Counted from the first letter of the stretch, positions 18,159 through 28,260 are shown. The stretch is DNA of 64,000 bases from Rubripirellula sp. (GCA_965216875.1 OZ244207.1:7392001-7456000); one strand, 5' to 3'. The notes: generated by a model not told the origin, from the sequence alone. A program made the numbers and translations.

Positions 18159-18187
18159 TTGACGATTCTGCGTCAGTTCGCCAAATT
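18159..18187 (+). promoter_or_regulatory. Candidate sigma70 promoter for rplA-rplJ-rplL
   Basis: TTGACG-N17-CAAATT. Confidence 0.45.
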
Positions 18188-18222
18188 CTGTCTCTTTGCG
18201 GCGGAAACTGCGCCGCGAACAT

Positions 18223-18276
18223 GTGGGAGAGATTGCCGCCAACCGCCGGTTGGGACGGGTGAACTCGCCAAACCAC
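18223..18276 (+). promoter_or_regulatory. Candidate L1-binding mRNA leader (autogenous control)
   Basis: GTGGGAG...CTCGCCAAACCAC 24 nt upstream of the rplA ATG, resembling the L1 target of 23S rRNA and rplK leaders. Confidence 0.65.
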
Positions 18277-18300
18277 CCGACAATTGAAGGTCGTGACCCT

Positions 18301-18978
18301 ATGGGTAAAAAGTCCAAGCGCTACCGCGCTTCTATCGAAAAACAGCCTGCGAACCCGCTTCCTTTGGCAGACGCGGTCGAGGCTCTCAAGAAATACGATT
18401 CGACCAAGTTTGATCAAACGGTCGAAATCCATATGCGGTTAGGTGTTGACCCTAACCAAGCGGATCAGATCATCCGCGGATCTTTGGTGCTGCCCAACGG
18501 TATCGGCAAGACTCAACGAGTTGTCGTGTTCGCCAAGGGTGACGCAGCGAAAGCAGCCGAAGAAGCGGGTGCTGACGAAGTCGGCCAAGAAGACTTGGCT
18601 AAGAAAATCAAAGATGGCTGGACAGACTTTGATGTTTGTATCGCAGCCCCTGACATGATGGGCCTGGTTGGTCCACTCGGTCGTGTCCTCGGTCCTCGCG
18701 GATTGATGCCTAGCCCACGTGCTGGCACCGTGACTCCCGACGTCGCCAAGGTCGTTGGCGAGTACAAAGCGGGTAAGGTCGAGTTCCGCAACGACAAAGG
18801 TGGCAACGTCCACGCGATGGTTGGCAAGATGAGCTTCGACTCGCCAAAGCTGGTCGAGAACATCACCGCCTTCATGAATTTTATCGACGGCTTGAAGCCA
18901 CAAACGATCAAAGGTGCCTACGTCAAAGGTATCGCGATCTGTGGCACGATGAGCCCAAGTGTTAGAGTTGCCGTCTGA
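18301..18978 (+). CDS. rplA: 50S ribosomal protein L1
   Basis: [40 protein letters not shown]. Confidence 0.98.
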   Translation: MGKKSKRYRASIEKQPANPLPLADAVEALKKYDSTKFDQTVEIHMRLGVDPNQADQIIRGSLVLPNGIGKTQRVVVFAKGDAAKAAEEAGADEVGQEDLAKKIKDGWTDFDVCIAAPDMMGLVGPLGRVLGPRGLMPSPRAGTVTPDVAKVVGEYKAGKVEFRNDKGGNVHAMVGKMSFDSPKLVENITAFMNFIDGLKPQTIKGAYVKGIAICGTMSPSVRVAV

Positions 18979-19022
18979 TTCCGCTGATGCAGATTTCGCA
19001 ATCTGTAGAGTGAACCAATCCA

Positions 19023-19547
19023 ATGAGTAAATACGTCAAAGAACTGGTGACCCGCGACATTCAGCGGCGACTCGATGGTGTCGAAGATGCCGTCGTTGTG
19101 AGCTACGTCGGAATGGACGCCAACACCACCAACGAATTGCGTGGCGAGCTTGAGGCGAAAGACATCAACTTGATGATCGTCAAGAACTCGCTCGCACGCC
19201 GTGCCACCGAAGGCACTTCGCTCGCTCCGGCGTTCGAAGGTGCAAATGGCCAAGTTGCTGTCTGCTGGGGCTCGACTGATTTCGTCTCCCTTGTCAAAGA
19301 GATCGTAAAGCTCGACAAGGATGGCGAAAAGTACGACAAGTTTTCCGCTGACGGCGGCGTGATGGATGGCGAAGCCCTTGATGCCGACGGCCTGAAGGCG
19401 GTCAGCAAGTGGCCAAGCCGCGAAGAACAAATCTCGATGTTGGTCGGCCAGATTCTTGGCCCAGGATCGCAGTTGTCCGGTGCATTGCTGGGACCGGGTA
19501 GGACGCTTAATAGCCAGCTTAAAAGTAAAGGCGAAGGCGACGAGTAG
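19023..19547 (+). CDS. rplJ: 50S ribosomal protein L10
   Basis: NELRGEL...VKNSLARRA, PSREEQISML; lies between rplA and rplL. Confidence 0.96.
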   Translation: MSKYVKELVTRDIQRRLDGVEDAVVVSYVGMDANTTNELRGELEAKDINLMIVKNSLARRATEGTSLAPAFEGANGQVAVCWGSTDFVSLVKEIVKLDKDGEKYDKFSADGGVMDGEALDADGLKAVSKWPSREEQISMLVGQILGPGSQLSGALLGPGRTLNSQLKSKGEGDE

Positions 19548-19609
19548 TCCGCCGTATCCCACATTCACCCCCTACAAATCACCAAAATTTATTTTTGAGG
19601 AACTAGAAA

Positions 19610-20020
19610 ATGTCTGACGAAGCAGCCGTCGCAGAATTCAGCGCCGAAACCAAAGAACTGGGCGACAAGATCGCCGAAATGACTCTGAAGCAAGCCAAAG
19701 AGCTGAGCGACTACCTGAAAGATGAGCACGGCATCGAGCCTGCTTCGGGTGGTGGTGCAGTCGTCATGCAAGCTGGCGGTGGCGAAGGTGGAGCTGCCGA
19801 AGAAGAGAAGACCGAATTCGACGTCGTCCTGACCGGCTTCGGCGACAAGAAGCTGAACGTCGTCAAAGTCGTCAAGAACTTGACCGGCGCTTCGCTGATG
19901 GAAGCCAAGAAGATGGTCGAAGGCGTTCCTGCGACTTTGAAAGAAGCCGCTTCGAAGGAAGACGCCGACAAGATCAAGGCAGAAATCGAAGAAGCTGGCG
20001 GAAGCGTCGAGCTCAAGTAA
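19610..20020 (+). CDS. rplL: 50S ribosomal protein L7/L12
   Basis: EEKTEFDVVL...KKLNVVKVV...EAKKMVEG...EEAGGSVELK. Confidence 0.98.
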   Translation: MSDEAAVAEFSAETKELGDKIAEMTLKQAKELSDYLKDEHGIEPASGGGAVVMQAGGGEGGAAEEEKTEFDVVLTGFGDKKLNVVKVVKNLTGASLMEAKKMVEGVPATLKEAASKEDADKIKAEIEEAGGSVELK

Positions 20021-20109
20021 GCTCGCCCGCTTACCCTTCAAGCCAAGGCCACTGTCAACCAATGCGCAGTGGCTAATCGATCGGTGCGCTCTGCGCACCC
20101 ACAACGACC

Positions 20110-20144
20110 ACGGCTCGCACAAAACGTGCGAGCCGTTGTTCGTT
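20110..20144 (+). terminator. Probable terminator of rplAJL
   Basis: acggctcgcac-aaaac-gtgcgagccgt stem followed by tgttcgtt. Confidence 0.6.
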
Positions 20145-20154
20145 AGTAGCCTGT

Positions 20155-20344
20155 TCGTAGTACCGAGCTTTAGCCGGAAATCTTCTCAAGGTCCAGCGGC
20201 AGAGTTTGTAGGTCATGCTCTGCATGACAATCGCCGCTCATCAGCCGCAACGCGATAGCGTGCGGTTCTTGCACCCTCAAAAACCGCGAGCTATCGCGTT
20301 GCGGCTCATGGGTGGGCGCTGGTGCGTGCAAGCACACACCCTAC
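20155..20344. repeat. Mosaic REP cluster (three families), ending in a GTAG REP that overlaps the helicase stop
   Basis: gtagtaccgagctttagccggaa; atcagccgcaacgcgatagc...gctatcgcgttgcggct; ggtgcgtgcaagcacacaccctac. Confidence 0.8.
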
Positions 20345-22371
20345 TTTGCGGTGACCGTTTGGATTGGCATCTCGGGGAGCGACTCGAGGAATTGGCGGCC
20401 GTAGGGCTTTGTGTAGACGCGTGGGTCAAGCACGACGACCATCCCTTCGTCGGTCGCGGTTCGGATCAGCCTCCCGAAACCTTGGCGGAACTTGATCACC
20501 GCTTCGGGCAATTGGTACTCGCCAAAGGGATTGCCGCCGCCGCTGCGGATTGCTTCCAGGCGTGCTTCCAGCAGCGGATGGTCGGGAACGGCAAATGGCA
20601 GCTTGGTAATGATCACGTTGGTCAATGCATCGCCCGGCACATCGACTCCCTGCCAAAAACTGTCCGTTCCAAACAGCACGCCGCGCGGGTTACGTCGAAA
20701 CGCATCCAGGAGCTGAGTCCGACTCTGTTGTCCGGCTTGTGAGTAAAGCTGGAGATCGTTCTGTGACAACCAGCCGCTTAGCGACGACGCGCATCGTTTA
20801 AGGAGGTCGTAGCTGGTGAACAACACGAAAGCGTGGCCATCGCTCTGACTGACAAACCGCTTGATCTGCTCAGGCAACGCTTGGTCGAACTTTTGGCGTT
20901 CCCTTGATGGATCGGGCAAGTCTTTCACGACGACCACCTTCGCCTGTTGTTGGTAGTCGAAAGGACTGCCAACTCGAAGTGACATGCCGCCGGTCAACCC
21001 AATGCGCGATCGAAAGAAATCGAAGCGGTCTTCGTTGCCCGTCGCCAGCGTTGCGCTGGTCATCACCACGCTACGAATCATCTCGCTTTGGAAAAGGGTC
21101 TCTCGCAGGGTTTGGCCGACGTCGACCGGCGACGCCGCCAGGGTAACGCGATCGATCCCGCGTCGCGTGCCGGTCTTTTCGAGCCAATAGACCGCCCCAT
21201 CGAGTTTCTGGCCAATCCATTCACGCAGTCCGCCAGCGAGGGCGAGCATGCGATCGTGGGCCGATTCGAACTCTTTGCGATCCGAATCGTTGTCTTGGCC
21301 GTCAGCCTGCTGTCGCAGTCCGTACGCCAATCGCTCCATGATTTCGCTGAGTGGATTGTCGACGATGTCGGCTTTCGACACGCGACCGTTCGGCCGTCCG
21401 TCGTTTTCCCACCAGTCCATCAGATCCGCAAACAAGTTGGCCGAGGCGAACCGGCATTGTTCGACTTGCTTTTGCAGGCCCGGCAGGTTTTGGCTGACCA
21501 GCAGTCCCTTCTGAGTGCGGTCGTTGTAAAGGCGATCGAACAGGTAATCGAACTGGCCACTGGTGATGCGAATTCCAAGGTGGTCGCCGGCCACCGATTC
21601 GACCGTGTGGCATTCATCAAGCACGACGGCGTCGTAGTCGGGAAGCAAGGCAACGCCCTGTCGGCGTAGCGCCAGGTCACTGAAGAACATCGCGTGATTG
21701 ACGACCAGTAGCTGGGCGCCCTGGGCACGGCGACGCGCTTTGAAGTAGAAGCATTCTTTGTGGTGCTTGCACGACCGCCGCAAACAGTTGCTGGTGTCGC
21801 TTGCGATCTCGTCCCATACACCCGGTTCGGGGCGAAACGGCAACGTCGACCTTGATCCATCGGCGGTGTCACGCGACCACTTGCGGATTTTTTGGAGCTG
21901 CGAGATCTGCTCGTCCGTCGACATCAACGAACCCATCTTGCCGACCGTTCGGTGCAAGCGTCGCAGCGACATGTAGTTGCTGCGTCCTTTGACGAGCACC
22001 GCCGAAAACTCACGCGGAATCACGCTGTTGAGTAGCGGGATGTCTTTGCTGATGAGCTGTTCCTGGAGGCTGATCGTGTGCGTCGAGATGAGCACGCGGC
22101 GCTGTCGCTCTTTGTCGTCGTCGCCGTCGTCGTCCTTTTCAAGCAATTTGCCCTGCGTTTCGGTTGCGTGCAGGATCGCGGGGACGAGATAGGCGAAACT
22201 CTTGCCAGTGCCCGTGCCCGCTTCGGCGATCAAGTGCTGCTCACTGGCCAATGCGTCGGCGACACTTCGAGCCATGTCGATTTGCTGACTGCGTGCCTCG
22301 TAGTTCTTGAGACGACGAGCAATGCTGCCCTCGGCGCCCAAGATCGAGTCGACTGTCAAATCATCTGTCAC
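20341..22371 (-). CDS. DinG/YoaA-family ATP-dependent helicase
   Basis: EAGTGTGKS, KGRSNY, DECH, SATL, FWQGVDVPG, FRQGFGRLIR; GTG start inferred. Confidence 0.93.
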   Translation of the reverse strand: MTDDLTVDSILGAEGSIARRLKNYEARSQQIDMARSVADALASEQHLIAEAGTGTGKSFAYLVPAILHATETQGKLLEKDDDGDDDKERQRRVLISTHTISLQEQLISKDIPLLNSVIPREFSAVLVKGRSNYMSLRRLHRTVGKMGSLMSTDEQISQLQKIRKWSRDTADGSRSTLPFRPEPGVWDEIASDTSNCLRRSCKHHKECFYFKARRRAQGAQLLVVNHAMFFSDLALRRQGVALLPDYDAVVLDECHTVESVAGDHLGIRITSGQFDYLFDRLYNDRTQKGLLVSQNLPGLQKQVEQCRFASANLFADLMDWWENDGRPNGRVSKADIVDNPLSEIMERLAYGLRQQADGQDNDSDRKEFESAHDRMLALAGGLREWIGQKLDGAVYWLEKTGTRRGIDRVTLAASPVDVGQTLRETLFQSEMIRSVVMTSATLATGNEDRFDFFRSRIGLTGGMSLRVGSPFDYQQQAKVVVVKDLPDPSRERQKFDQALPEQIKRFVSQSDGHAFVLFTSYDLLKRCASSLSGWLSQNDLQLYSQAGQQSRTQLLDAFRRNPRGVLFGTDSFWQGVDVPGDALTNVIITKLPFAVPDHPLLEARLEAIRSGGGNPFGEYQLPEAVIKFRQGFGRLIRTATDEGMVVVLDPRVYTKPYGRQFLESLPEMPIQTVTAK

Positions 22372-22564
22372 GAAGCACTCGAAGCGTAAGGAAAGCGGAC
22401 GCCAAAACACGCACGATACCACTGGTGCCAAGAAGTGCACATTGCCCTTGGCTTCGGGGGGAAGGACTGAACAGTGGTTTCGGAGCATTTCCGTTTGGCC
22501 GCGGTGTCACGAGCGGACGCCGCTGCGTGTAAATTAAGGAACTCCGACACGATGCATCAGGCTG

Positions 22565-23797
22565 ATGATGAACACCTTGCGACAACGTTGCCCCGCTTGC
22601 GACAGCCAGCTCGAACTACCTGCCGAGTCGGCAGGGAAACTGGGGCAATGCCCGGCGTGCAACGCGACGTTCACGATTGGTGAGTCGGACCCGGTCGAAG
22701 CTCCCGTCGCTGAGTCGCCGCCTGAAAAACACGTTCCCGCTAGCGAACCAGTCGACAAGCCCGCACCAGCTTCGACGCCAAGTCCGACTCCAGCGCCTTC
22801 AGTGGGCGAAGACCCGCAGGTCTTCGCGCCCCCGGTTGCCGACGTCCAATCCAGCGATGACGGCCCAGTGGCTGAAGGTGATTCTGACAACCCATTCGCG
22901 ACACCGCTCAGCTCGGGAGTTGCTGTGCCCGATGCGGCGCTTGTGGCCCCAGGGCAACAGCATCCAGTCCAGCCCAACGGCGCACCGCCAGCGACATCGA
23001 TCACGATGGCCGATTGTGCGATCGATGAAGTCTTACGATCGACTTGGCAGATTTTTGCGGCCCGATGGCCAACCATGGTGGTCACGCTGGTGATCGTGAT
23101 GGCATTGATGTTCGGTGTTGTTTTTGTGCCCGGCATGATCATCAGCGAGGCCGACAATGCGGGAGCCGATACGTTGGTGGCCATCATGCTCTTTGTTTGG
23201 CTTCCGTCGTTGTTGGCAATCTTCAGCCTGCTGGCCGTTGGCATCTCTCGGGTTTATCTGTCGATCGCGCGAGACGATCGCGTGTCGCCACTTTCGGAAC
23301 TGGTGCCGCCGATTTCGCTTGCCGTGCGATTTGCTGTCGCGTTGTTGTTGATCGGAGGAGTGATCGGCGGAGGAAGTTTGGCGATCTTTCTTTCCATCGC
23401 CGCGATCGGAGAGATTTCTGGCAACCCGCAACTCGCGGGAGTTTTTACTGCCCTGGCCGCCATCGTTGTCGCGATCATTGGAATGGTCTGTCAGTGGATC
23501 CTGTGGCCATGGGTGCCACTGATCTGCGATGGTCGCGCGTCGATCTTCAAGTCGACTCAGCTTTCGATTCGCATCGCTCTGCGCAACCGGACCACGTCGG
23601 CGATCATGGTGTTGGTTGCGGTGGGTCTGATGGCGGCCGGATCGATCTTTTGTGGCGTTGGGGTGATCGTCACGTTGCCCATCGTCCTGATGATGTTCAC
23701 CGTTGCCTATTTGCGCATGACGGGCCAACCGATCGGTGAAATCATGGCAGAAGAGGAAGAGTACGAACCGTTGCCCGAACGCAAACCTGAGTTTTAG
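22565..23797 (+). CDS. Membrane protein with N-terminal Zn-ribbon (CPAC...CPAC), Pro-rich linker and multi-TM C-terminal domain
   Basis: Two CxxC pairs, low-complexity linker, about 6 hydrophobic segments. Confidence 0.75.
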   Translation: MMNTLRQRCPACDSQLELPAESAGKLGQCPACNATFTIGESDPVEAPVAESPPEKHVPASEPVDKPAPASTPSPTPAPSVGEDPQVFAPPVADVQSSDDGPVAEGDSDNPFATPLSSGVAVPDAALVAPGQQHPVQPNGAPPATSITMADCAIDEVLRSTWQIFAARWPTMVVTLVIVMALMFGVVFVPGMIISEADNAGADTLVAIMLFVWLPSLLAIFSLLAVGISRVYLSIARDDRVSPLSELVPPISLAVRFAVALLLIGGVIGGGSLAIFLSIAAIGEISGNPQLAGVFTALAAIVVAIIGMVCQWILWPWVPLICDGRASIFKSTQLSIRIALRNRTTSAIMVLVAVGLMAAGSIFCGVGVIVTLPIVLMMFTVAYLRMTGQPIGEIMAEEEEYEPLPERKPEF

Positions 23798-23834
23798 AGG
23801 CCGCGTTTGTCGTTCCGCCATTGGGCGGAGGGCA

Positions 23835-24135
23835 TGAAGATTCCGGCTAAAGCTCGGTACTACAAACGGCAACATCAGCCGCCGAGCTTCCACCAGCAGA
23901 AACCCTTCCCCAAGTTCACTCAACGGAGCCGCGATCGCGTAAGCGGCCGGGCCTTACTCGCCTTCACACTCGCTGCGCGTCGGCAAGGGCCCGAGGCCTG
24001 ACGGCCAGCGGCTCACGGGCACTGCCCAAGAAGTTGCTCTGGTGGCACGAAGATTGCAATCCGCAGCACCAGCCGCCGGTATTTCACCCACCAGCCTTGA
24101 AGGGCCCGACGCTAGCACGTTCGGCTCACAAAAAC
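23835..24135. repeat. Mosaic REP cluster between convergent genes
   Basis: gattccggctaaagctcggtactac; gggcccgaggcctgacggccagcggctca; cagccgccggtatttc; ggcccgacgctagcacgttcggctcac. Confidence 0.8.
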
Positions 24136-24168
24136 TACATCCGCGTTGCGGATGATGGTCGTCGCGAA

Positions 24169-24876
24169 TTACGCGATCGCGTCTTGGGTGACGAACCAAC
24201 GCGTCGGTTGGATCAACTGCGAGGGGTAGAGTGCCGGTTGGCGATCATCCGAAAGCACCTTCGCGAGCGCGCCCTTTTTGCCGGCACCGGCGATCAAAAA
24301 CCAAATCTCACTGGCCGAGTTGATCGCGGGTGCCGTGAGCGTGTAGCGGAAGGCATCGAACTTTTCGACCCAGTTCTCGACAAACCATCGGTCCGAAGCA
24401 TCGATGGCAGTGGTTTCGGGAAACAAGGATGCGGTGTGAGCGTCATCGCCCATTCCGAGCAGGGCCAGATCCCATTGGGGATTCTCCTGACCGGAAAAAT
24501 GATCTCGCATTTCTTGCTCGTATTGCTCGGCCGCCGCTTTGGGATCGTCGACGTTGACCGGCACGCTGTGCACATTGGCAGCGGGGATCTCGATGTGATC
24601 GAGCATGACCGTTTTGACCATCTTGAAATTGCTGTCGTCGTGGTCGTGCGAAACGTTTCGCTCATCGCCCCAGAAAAGATGGATCTTGTTCCATGGCAGG
24701 TCGCGCTGCGTGAGTCGTCCGTAGATCACCTTCGGCGTCGAGCCGCCTGAAAGCGAGATGTTGACTTGGTCTTTTTGCTGGACGCACTCGAGGATTCGAT
24801 TGCAGATCGCGTCGATCGCAGCGTCTTGAAGTGATGTGACGGATTCAAAGGGTTCGATACTTGCCGAAGCGTTCAT
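24169..24876 (-). CDS. pgl: 6-phosphogluconolactonase
   Basis: LSGGSTP, FWGDER.V, SNF, LLGMGDDAHTASLFP. Confidence 0.95.
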   Translation of the reverse strand: MNASASIEPFESVTSLQDAAIDAICNRILECVQQKDQVNISLSGGSTPKVIYGRLTQRDLPWNKIHLFWGDERNVSHDHDDSNFKMVKTVMLDHIEIPAANVHSVPVNVDDPKAAAEQYEQEMRDHFSGQENPQWDLALLGMGDDAHTASLFPETTAIDASDRWFVENWVEKFDAFRYTLTAPAINSASEIWFLIAGAGKKGALAKVLSDDRQPALYPSQLIQPTRWFVTQDAIA

Positions 24877-24948
24877 GCTTTAACGTTGTTGGTTGTGGTG
24901 AATGGTTTGGGATAGACGATTCGAACGTTAGCGTTCAAAGCGAAACGT

Positions 24949-25761
24949 TTAACGAAAGGATTCTTTGTCACCAGGGAATGTGCCGTCATTGAGCGCGTTG
25001 ATGTACGCCGTGGCCGCCTCGGCAATCGTTCCACGTACGTCGCTAAATTGACGGACAAACTTTGGCAGGTAACCGGACGTTAGCCCGATCAAATCGTTGG
25101 TGACCAGGACTTGCCCCGACATCTCGGGACCGGCCCCAATTCCGATGGTCGGTACAGAGACCGCATCGGTAATCGCTTTGCCAATTTCGGTTGGCACGCA
25201 TTCGACCAACACACAAAAGGCACCTGCTTGTTCGGCTGCGACCGCATCGTCGACAAGACGATCCCGATCGCGTTGGACTTTATAACCGCCATCGACATGA
25301 ACGTTTTGGGGACGCAATCCCACATGCGCCATCACGGGCACTCCTGCGGTGACGATGGTTTCGATCCGTTTGGCTTGTTCTGCGCCCCCTTCAAGTTTGA
25401 CCGCATGCCCGCGAGTTTCCTTCAACACTCGCACGCTGCTTTCAACGCTGCGAAGGATATCGAGTTGGCCTTCGGGGAACGGAAGGTCGACGACGACCAA
25501 AGCGCGCTTCGTAGCTCGGCCCACCATTTCGGCGTGATAGATCATTTGATCCATCGTCACCGGCAGGGTGGTCTCGTGTCCCTGGACGACCATTGCCAAC
25601 GAGTCGCCGACCAACAAAACGTCGACCCCCGCCTGGTCCAGCACTTGGGCGGTCGGGAAATCGTAGGCGGTCAGCATGGAGATCCTGCGGCCATCATCAC
25701 GCATTTTCTGTAGCGTGCTGGTCGTGATGCGGCGTTGTTCGGAAGATTGGTTTGCCGGCAT
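24949..25761 (-). CDS. panB: 3-methyl-2-oxobutanoate hydroxymethyltransferase
   Basis: MLTAYD, LVGDSL, VKLEGG, MAHVGL.PQ, PTIGIGAG...GQVLV. Confidence 0.96.
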   Translation of the reverse strand: MPANQSSEQRRITTSTLQKMRDDGRRISMLTAYDFPTAQVLDQAGVDVLLVGDSLAMVVQGHETTLPVTMDQMIYHAEMVGRATKRALVVVDLPFPEGQLDILRSVESSVRVLKETRGHAVKLEGGAEQAKRIETIVTAGVPVMAHVGLRPQNVHVDGGYKVQRDRDRLVDDAVAAEQAGAFCVLVECVPTEIGKAITDAVSVPTIGIGAGPEMSGQVLVTNDLIGLTSGYLPKFVRQFSDVRGTIAEAATAYINALNDGTFPGDKESFR

Positions 25762-25791
25762 TGGGTCTCGAATCGCGATGGGGTTGACGGT

Positions 25792-25870
25792 TGTAGCTGC
25801 CTTCGCCAGAAGGTGGTCAGGTTTTGCAAGCCGCTCATGACCACGCCACGCCCTGGCGAGCAGAGCTACC
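25792..25870. repeat. Inverted GTAG-type REP pair
   Basis: gtagctgccttcgccagaaggtgg ... ccacgccctggcgagcagagctac; same families as in 41340-41610. Confidence 0.75.
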
Positions 25871-26078
25871 TCCTTGAGCGAGTGATTTCACGGCAATTGC
25901 CGCCAGTTTGCTCAAACGACTCATCTCAAGTAGGTACAATCATCCTCGGAACGGATGACTTGGTACAGGTCACCGAATCATCGAATCTGATTCAGCCTGC
26001 GCTTTGATTTTCCTGCCCACCCCTTTCCCCCTGCGATTTCCCAGTTCGACGCTGGGCCCACAACCTCGGGAAGCAAGC

Positions 26079-26912
26079 ATGACAGCCTTTCGTTTGATCA
26101 TTGCGTGGTCGATTGCACTGAGTTTTGCCACATCCAGCGTGATCGCCCAGAGTCCCGGCAGTTCGAATACAGTGACGGAGTTCAAAGGGAAACTGAAGTC
26201 GTTTCAGCGCGGCATCCTGTTGGTCACGCGCGACGACGACAAGGAAGTCATGGTCCAGTTGCCCGACGACATTTCCTCGTTCACCTTTGTTGCGGATGCG
26301 AAACCGGCCTTCTTGGGACGCGGAACTCTCGTTCGTTTCTCAGGGCTTTATGACGCCAACGGAAACCCGCTCGCTCCGATCAAGAAGGTCGAGATCATTC
26401 AGCCGATTGGGCCAGCTAACAAACTCAGTAACCAGCAACGCCAAAACTACGTGCCCGGCGTCTATTCGCAACATCGCGGGGGACGACAACAACTGCCACC
26501 CTCGGCGACCTATCACATCGTTGGCAACCTTGGTGGCCTCTCGCCCGCGGGGGCAATGATGGTCCAGGCTGGCAAGGTTTCGGTTCGAGCCCAACTTGCG
26601 CAGGACGCGAAATTCGAAATCCGCTTCAATAATCTGTCACTCGCCAAGGAAGGTGATCCAGTATCCGTTGCCGGATTCTACGAACCGCCGGACGACACCA
26701 AGGTCAAAGCCGACCGCATCACGGTCAGCACAGATCGCGTGTACGGCGAACCGGTTGCGGTCGAGAAGCCGACGCGGCGACGCGGGCGACGCGACGCCGA
26801 GAATGATGGCGACAAAGAGGGGGACAAAGAGGAGGGTGACGCCGCCAAGAAGGAAGCGGGAGGGGCGGACGCGGATGCTGAAGGAGCCTCCAAGGAGGGG
26901 GCCGACGGCTGA
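26079..26912 (+). CDS. Secreted hypothetical protein with a charged low-complexity tail
   Basis: Signal peptide MTAFRLIIAWSIALSFATSSVIA. Confidence 0.7.
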   Translation: MTAFRLIIAWSIALSFATSSVIAQSPGSSNTVTEFKGKLKSFQRGILLVTRDDDKEVMVQLPDDISSFTFVADAKPAFLGRGTLVRFSGLYDANGNPLAPIKKVEIIQPIGPANKLSNQQRQNYVPGVYSQHRGGRQQLPPSATYHIVGNLGGLSPAGAMMVQAGKVSVRAQLAQDAKFEIRFNNLSLAKEGDPVSVAGFYEPPDDTKVKADRITVSTDRVYGEPVAVEKPTRRRGRRDAENDGDKEGDKEEGDAAKKEAGGADADAEGASKEGADG

Positions 26913-27156
26913 CGAGGTTGGCGGAACAGCCCAACGATCAGCCATCTTTTTGGTGGGCAGTGGCTGCGTTTGACCCACGTTTGGGGGCAAGAAGGCTCAT
27001 TTGGACCCACTCTTTGCTTCGAACGCGGACCGTGCGGAGTTTTCTCGCATTCCGTAATGTCCCCCTTCCGACTAACATCACCCGCTTGATCCGGGGCCCC
27101 GTTTTCAGGCCGGCCTGGACGTTCAAGCCCTTCCTTCCACTTCAAAACTCACGCTG

Positions 27157-28260
27157 ATGAAAACTCGAATTCTACTGACGGTCGCATTTTGCATCATCGC
27201 TGTCTTTACTCTCAAACCAGTTGCAGCGGTGGACCAGCAGTTGGGGATTGGTTCAAAAGCTCCCGCACTGGACATCGAGCATTGGATCCAGGACGGCAAC
27301 GGCTTTTTCAAACCCGTGACCGATTTCTCGGAAGGCAAGGTTTACGTCGTCGAGTTTTGGGCCACGTGGTGTGGGCCATGCGTGGCGAGTATCCCTCACA
27401 TCGCAGAACTTCAAAACAAGTATCGCGGACGTGGCGTCCAAATCGTCAGTGTCTCTGATGAAGATTTGGAAACCGTTTCGGGTTTGCTCGACCGCGAGAA
27501 CGCCGAGGTCGGAAAGACGTTTCGTGAGATCACCTCGGCCTACTCGCTGACGACCGACCCCGACCAATCGGTCTACAAGTCGTACATGGACGCATCGGGC
27601 CAACAAGGGATTCCGACCTCCTTCATCGTCGGCAAGACCGGATTGGTTGAATGGATCGGTCACCCGATGGAACTCGACGAGCCTCTTGAGGCAGTCGTCA
27701 CCGATTCGTGGGACCGCGAAGCGTTCAAGAAAGAACTGAAAGCTAAAGAAGAGTTTGAGCGAACGCTTGAAAAGATCTCGCGATTGGCTGGTTCCGGTCG
27801 TCTCGATGAAGCGATCAAGGTTGCCGAAGACCAACTTGCTCGGACCGAAGTTGAATCGATCAAAGAAGAATGGGTTGCCATTCGCAACTCGCTCAAACTG
27901 TCGGCAGGCCAACTTGATGAAGACGTCTTGGCGTTCTTCCGCAAGCAGCTCAAGTCGCTCAAGGGAAATCCCGAAGCGGTCGGTCGATATGGTTTTTCGA
28001 TGTTCAATGCGATGCAACAAGGCGCCAAAGTCGGTCCACTGCTGGATGAGATCGTGGTCGCCATCGAAGCAGAGGTTGATTCCGCTGAGGGCTCGCTCAA
28101 GCCTCTGCTGAACAACACCGTCGCATTGTTGCAGGATGCCGCTGGGAATACGGAAGCCGCCATCAAGGCTCAGCAAGCCGCGCTTGATTCAGCCACGGCT
28201 AGCCAAAAGCGACACCTTCAGCCCTTCATGGACCAGCTGAAGAAAAAGCTTGAGGAATAG
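27157..28260 (+). CDS. Secreted TlpA/redoxin-family thiol-disulfide oxidoreductase with helical (TPR-like) C-terminus
   Basis: VVEFWATWCGPC, GIPTSFIVGK; signal peptide. Confidence 0.88.
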   Translation: MKTRILLTVAFCIIAVFTLKPVAAVDQQLGIGSKAPALDIEHWIQDGNGFFKPVTDFSEGKVYVVEFWATWCGPCVASIPHIAELQNKYRGRGVQIVSVSDEDLETVSGLLDRENAEVGKTFREITSAYSLTTDPDQSVYKSYMDASGQQGIPTSFIVGKTGLVEWIGHPMELDEPLEAVVTDSWDREAFKKELKAKEEFERTLEKISRLAGSGRLDEAIKVAEDQLARTEVESIKEEWVAIRNSLKLSAGQLDEDVLAFFRKQLKSLKGNPEAVGRYGFSMFNAMQQGAKVGPLLDEIVVAIEAEVDSAEGSLKPLLNNTVALLQDAAGNTEAAIKAQQAALDSATASQKRHLQPFMDQLKKKLEE

